Below, piece by piece: positions 61,263 through 64,000 of a stretch of DNA of 64,000 bases. A program made the translations under genes and the position numbers. Location: positions 65,782,001-65,846,000 of the forward strand of contig NC_134474.1 in assembly GCF_964194025.1 (NCBI RefSeq), given 5' to 3'. The notes beneath the pieces were generated by a model that was not told the DNA's origin, did not search any database, and worked only from the letters and a program-made list of their open reading frames with translations. Source of the DNA: Convolutriloba macropyga (lineage: Eukaryota). How positions within the stretch are numbered: the stretch's first letter is position 1; each line of letters starts with the position of its first letter.

Positions 61263-64000
61263 ATGAAGAGAGTGCCGAAGGCACCCCTCAAAGAAAATCA
61301 AACAAATCAACAGCGCAACGCCAGTGAGGCAGAGCGAAAGTTGCGAGTGCACTTCACAAATTACGTCGAAGAACTAACCTCGCTTAAAAGGAGCAAGCAA
61401 AGCAAAAAGCAATCAGGCCATCCTAACACATTCAGCAGAGAGGAGCTTCAATCAACAGCACAAAGGTACGACAAGAAGTTCCAAGATTTATTGGAAGAAG
61501 TCAACACCAAAACAGGGATTGGCTACAAAATAATTGAAGATTCAGATCGACCCAACAAACTAAAGGTCCTCTACCAACAGACTGTTCACCTCCTAGAGGA
61601 AGAAATACCCAAGCAACTGCAGCGTCGAAACAAGCTTGTGCCCTACCAAACAAATTTCGTAGAAGAACATCTGAAAGACGCAAGGAAGTGCAAAGCAAGT
61701 TTGGACTATCATTGGCTTGCATATATAAGCAAAGGCACGCAACCAGCAATGAATGCAGAGCAAAATAACGCGACCCAAGCAGTGAACGACAGCGAGAGCA
61801 ACAACAACTACCCAACAGACAACCCAGTTGCTCAAACAGTGCAAAATGGAGCAACAGCAAGTGGCCATGAGACGGAGAATGTTTCGGAAACATCTTCAGC
61901 AAAGCAAAGGCGAAGGAAAGGATGAAGAAATTCGATATCGAATTCGAAACCAAGATGCGACTCGAACAAGCGCGGTTTGAGCGAAGGAGGCTAGAGCTGG
62001 AAATGCAAATGAAGGAACTGGAAACCAAGCATCAACTGCTGGAGGAAGAGCGTGAGCTAGAGCGCAAAGTGAAGAGAACAGCATTAGAGAACGATGATGC
62101 TCGTTCCCAATCAACTGGTGCTCGAGACAAATCACCCTTCAACTGGACCCCCAGGAAGAGAGATCTGATTATGTTTGAAAAATGGCTATCTAGGATAGCA
62201 TTCGTGCACGAAGGGTTTTCAGCTTTCAAGGGAGAGCGAAGAGAAGAAGACCGAAGAAGCACAAATAGAGACAAACGGTTCTCGAAAACATCGAACTTCA
62301 GTGCAAGTTCCAACGTGAAAGAAACGAAGCAAACGCAAAGTGATCACTGTCCGCTAGCTGATGGCACTCATAAAATATGGAACTGTCCACTATTCAGGAA
62401 CATGAGTGTGAATGATCGGTACGCAGCAGTGAGGAAGCAACGCTTATGTTACGGATGTCTAGGCAAAGGACATGCAATCAAAGATTGTAAAGTCAATGCG
62501 TGCGGCATCAATGGATGCATCAAGAAGCACAACCGATTGCTACACTCAGAAAACCAAATGGACGAGGGTAATCACGCAATCAACGTAAGCGCAGCAACAA
62601 TCAACCAGAGTAACGAAGTTACTAGCTTTCTTCAGATAGTTCCTGTCTCAATACAGAGCGGTGGCAACAGGCTGAACACATATGCTTTCCTCGATAGTGG
62701 ATCAACGGTTTCATTCATCGATCAAAGTGTGCAAGAGAAGTTACGAGCCCAAGGCACCGATGCGACGCTCAACGTAGCTGGCATACACGGAACGAAGGAT
62801 CTGAAGACAGAAAAGGTTCCTCTAAAAATAAAGGGACTACATTCAAAGGTGCATTCAATCGAAGCGTTTGCACACCCGTCAATCTCCTTGGGAAACACAA
62901 ACTACAACTACAACAAGCTGAAGCAAAGCTTCAACCACTTGAGTGTTTTACCCAACAAAAGCTTCAACTTGATGGAAGTTGGCATCATCCTTGGTCAAGA
63001 TGCTTATGAGCTACAACGCCCATTGGACTATAAGATAGGAACACGAAGTGAACCTTTCGCCGTTCTAACAGAGCTAGGATGGGTAGTCAGTGGACCCATG
63101 ACGGGCAAAAGAAGACAAAATGTTTGTCATTTCGCCTTCACAGAAGATGTGAAAGTGGCTGAGAATATCCAAACCTGGTGGGACATAGAAACGTATGCTT
63201 CCAAAATCAACGTCGTCAGTCAGTCAAAAAAGGAACTGCAGGCACAAAGGATGCTAGAGAGTACGACAAAGTTCACAGGCGAGCGGTATGAAGTGGGAAT
63301 GCTGTGGAGTGAACCAGAGCCAAACCTACCGAACAACTACAGCTCAGCCTTGGGTCAGCTTTACTCACTGGAGCGAAGATTCCAAAGGGACCCAAACCTG
63401 AAGAATTTGTATCAACAGTCAATAGATACAGATGTAGAAAAAGGATTCGTAAAGATATTGGACGAGTCCGAAATGAAAGGCACCTTCGGGAAAGAATGGT
63501 ATTTGCCCCATCATCCAGTGCTAAGCCCGAACAAGCCGGGCAAAGTAAGACGTGTTTGCAATGCCGCATCAAAGTACAAAGAAGTATGCCTAAATGATAA
63601 GCTACTAGCAGGACCTGATCTGCTACATGGGTTGATTGGAACAATATTTAGATTCCGTGAAGGACCAATAGCCCTAACAGCCGACATCGAATCGATGTTT
63701 CTACAAGTGCAAGTTCCGAATAGGATAGAAGGTGCTTGAGGTTTTTATGGCGTCCAAGAACTAACGAACCTGTTCAGATATACGAATATCAGCGTCACGT
63801 ATTTGGAGCTAAGAGTTCTCCAACTTGTGCAAACTATGCTCTCAAGCGAGTGGGACTGGATAACGAAAAAGAGTATCCAATAGCAACCAAGGCAATACAA
63901 AACAACTTCTACATGGACGATTTCATCAAATCAGTAGAAACCCCGGAAGAAGCAATTGAAGTCTTCAATCAACTACAACCTCTTCTCTCACAACATGGAT
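61263..64000 (+). pseudogene. BEL/Pao gag-pol, frameshifted (~61920 and ~63718) and truncated by the window edge
   Basis: Three Cys/His knuckles (CPLADGTHKIWNC, CYGCLGKGHAIKDC, CGINGCIKKHNRLLH); protease FLDSGS; RT YLPHHPV..KPGKVRRV and ADIESMFLQV, then in the shifted frame LRFLWR..HVFGAKSSP..NFYMDD. Confidence 0.93.

Noticed and set aside
61146-61925. Extra ORF upstream of BEL gag coupled by ATGA
   Set aside because: More simply a 1-nt frameshift in gag: the Ser-rich/basic stretch continues naturally into the coiled coil, and the element has other lesions.

Overview
AT-rich animal genomic DNA (spliceosomal GT-AG genes; one 200-N gap at 51555-51754). The main feature is a complete 19,159-bp Polinton/Maverick (adintovirus-like endogenous DNA virus) at 2405-21563. 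It has AGTAGT...ACTACT termini, ~780-bp TIRs and a perfect 6-bp TSD (CACACC). It encodes protein-primed PolB, an rve integrase, packaging ATPase, adenain protease, major and minor capsid proteins, a basic core/membrane-lytic protein and about 10 accessory ORFs; several core genes carry nonsense or frameshift lesions. Three non-coding features inside it are not visible in the ORF track. (1) A fully base-paired eukaryotic initiator tRNA-Met gene (3191-3262, minus) abuts the left TIR, which supplies its Pol III terminator. (2) Seven perfect CArG (SRF/MADS-type) boxes lie in its intergenic regions, one arranged like the c-fos SRE upstream of PolB. (3) Two blocks of six motifs are phased at exactly 32 bp between convergent genes. 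Host features: an intronless METTL27-like methyltransferase, a multi-exon ACK/PR2-like tyrosine kinase, the 3' end of an unknown gene, the first exons of a Cys-loop ligand-gated channel, many Helentron-like non-autonomous repeats (one split by the Polinton), tandem repeats, and a decayed BEL/Pao LTR retrotransposon running off the right edge. All family assignments come from motif recognition by eye; no database searches were run.
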